A stretch of DNA of 64,000 nucleotides from the NCBI RefSeq assembly GCF_964213995.1, contig NC_135804.1, positions 59,396,001 to 59,460,000 on the forward strand. The letters run 5' to 3'. A model generated the notes under the pieces. That model made no database searches. It saw nothing but the letters and a program-made list of their open reading frames with translations, and was not told the origin of the DNA. Of this stretch, positions 61,953-64,000 are shown in pieces (positions within the stretch are counted from its first letter, which is position 1; each line of letters starts with the position of its first letter). The position numbers and the translations under genes were made by a program. Source of the stretch: Mustelus asterias. Lineage: Eukaryota.

Positions 61953-62397
61953 CCACTCTGTTTACAGAAAGACAACACACCAATTGTGTTAAAGTAAAAA
62001 AATGTTTCATTGATCGTTCTGCAAAAGTGAGCAATATTTTATTGATCGTCGTGTTGAAGTGAAAAACTATTTTTTATTAAAAGCAATTTGGAAAAGTTGA
62101 GCTAATTAAACGAAATGTCACCTGCAGCTGTTAAAGTTAGATGTTTAGTTAAATGTTGACATGGTATCAAAGTTTGGCATTCATAATATTATTTTTGTTA
62201 ATGAATGCTTTCCATTAAACGTTACAAAATTCTGCAGATGCCTGATTCAAACATCAAAACGCAACACTTAATATGGAATTCTACAAATGCTTTATTGAAA
62301 CATCAAAACACATTTCAATATGCGACAATTGCAAATGAAGAACATAATTGAGAGAAAAAAAGGGAGCAGAATACCAATGATAATCACATAGTGGTTT

Positions 62398-63148
62398 ACA
62401 AAGAACAACGAACTGTATAGCACAGGGACAGGTCCTTCAGCCCGCCAAGCCTGCCCCGATACATGACACCTTTCTAAACTAAAGAACTTTTGCTTATATG
62501 TGGTCCGTATCCCTCTATTCCTTACCTATTTATGTATCTGCCAAAATGCCTCTTAAATATTGCTATTTTTTTCTGCCACTACCATCTCCTCTGGCAGCAC
62601 ATTCCATGATGTGGAGATGCCGGCGTTGGACTGGGGTAAATACAGTAAGAAGTTTAACAACACCAGGTTAAAGTCCAACAGGTTTATTTGGTAGCAAAGT
62701 TTGTGTGGCTTTTGCTACCAAATAAACCTGTAGCACATTCCAGTCAGTTATCAGCCGCTGTGTAAAACAAATACCTCTCCCATCTCCTTTAAACTGGCCC
62801 CCTTTTTCCTGAAAGCTATGTCCACTCGTAATTGAAACTTCTACCCTGCGAACAAGACTGACTGTCCATGCCTCTCAAAATTTTGTAAACGACTATCAGA
62901 TGGCCTTCGAAGTTCAAGTGGAAACAAACCAAGTTAGTCCAGTGTCTCATCATACTTAATACGCTCCAAAACAGGCAACATACTGGTAAACCTTTCTGTA
63001 CACGCGCCAAAGTTTCCACATCCTTCTGATAGTGTGGCAGCCAGAACCTTATGCAATATTCCAAATGTGACCGAACTAAAATTCTGTACATCTGCAACAT
63101 GGCTTCCACGTTTTTATACTCTAGGCCCCGACTGCTTAAGGCAAGCTT
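62398..63148 (-). mobile_element. CR1 fragment with a nested Penelope fragment (62607-62731)
   Basis: RSHLEYCIRFWLPHY; the insert is flanked by the 11-nt duplication agcacattcca. Confidence 0.85.
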
Positions 63149-63149
63149 C

Positions 63150-64000
63150 GTAAGAGTTTTAACAACACCAGGTTAAAGTCCAACAGGTTTATTTGGTAGC
63201 AAATGCCATTAGCATTCGGAGCGCTGCTCCTTCGTCAGATGGAGTGGAAATCTGCTCTCAAACAGGGCACAGATACACAAAATCAAGTTACAGAACATTG
63301 ATTAGAATGCGAATCTCTACAGCCAACCAGGTCTTAAAGATACAGACAATGTGAGTGGAGGGAGCATTCAGCACAGGTTAAAGAGATGTGTATTGTCTCC
63401 AGACAGGACAGCCAGTGAGATTCTGCAAGTCCAGAAGGCAAGCTGTGGGGGTTACTGATAGTGTGACATAAACCCAAGATCCCGGTTTAGGCTGTCCTCA
63501 TGTGTGCGGAACTTGGCTATCAGTTTCTGCTCAGTGACTCTGCGCTGTCGTGTGTTGTGAAGGCCGCCTTGGAGAACGCTTACCCGAAGATCAGAGGCTG
63601 AATGCCCGTGACCGCTGAAGTGCTCTCCCACAAGAAGAGAACAGTCTCACCTGGTGATCACACGAGGACGGCCTCAACCAGGATCTTGGGTTTATGTCAC
63701 ACTATCAGTAACCCCCACAGCTTGCCTTCTGGACTTGCAGAATCTCACTGGCTGTCCTGTCTGGAGACAATACACATCTCTTTAACCTGTGCTTAATGCT
63801 CCCTCCACTCACATTGTCTGTATCTTTAAGACCTGGTTGGCTGTAGAGATTCGCATTCTAATCAATGTTCTGTAACTTGATTTTGTATCTCTGTGTCCTA
63901 TTTGAGAGCAGATTTCCACTCCATCTGACGAAGGAGCAGTGCTCCGAAAGCGAATGGTATTTGCTACCAAATAAACCTGTTGGACTTTAACCTGGTGTTG
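63150..64000 (-). mobile_element. Penelope-like element 3' end with inverted pLTRs
   Basis: Arms 63163-63505 / 63659-64000; minus strand encodes a GIY-YIG C-terminus VGEHFSGHGHS...EQKLIAKFRTHEDSLNRD; hammerhead motifs at 63206-63242 (-) and 63921-63957 (+). Confidence 0.88.

Overview
Eukaryotic, intron-rich, repeat-dense DNA. The HE1-type SINEs, CR1/HER1 LINEs and Penelope repeats point to a cartilaginous fish (shark); this is an inference. Much of the window is transposon-derived: many CR1 LINEs (some nested), Rex1/Babar LINEs, two SINE families, a Harbinger element, a Gmr1-type (INT before RT) Gypsy provirus plus a solo LTR, and Penelope repeats carrying minimal hammerhead ribozymes. Most ORF-track entries are TE fragments or noise. 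The main biology only appears after manual splicing. It is a cluster of non-rearranging, antigen-receptor-like Ig-superfamily inhibitory receptors. On the minus strand is a complete six-exon pseudogene (leader, VJ-type V, C1, TM, short cytoplasmic exon, Tyr-motif tail; 25086..13803). Converging on it is the 3' half of a plus-strand paralog with intact splice sites and a canonical ITIM (1352..3332). Several more decayed Ig-like exons are possible but much less certain. No database search was run, family names come from motif recognition, and TE boundaries are approximate.
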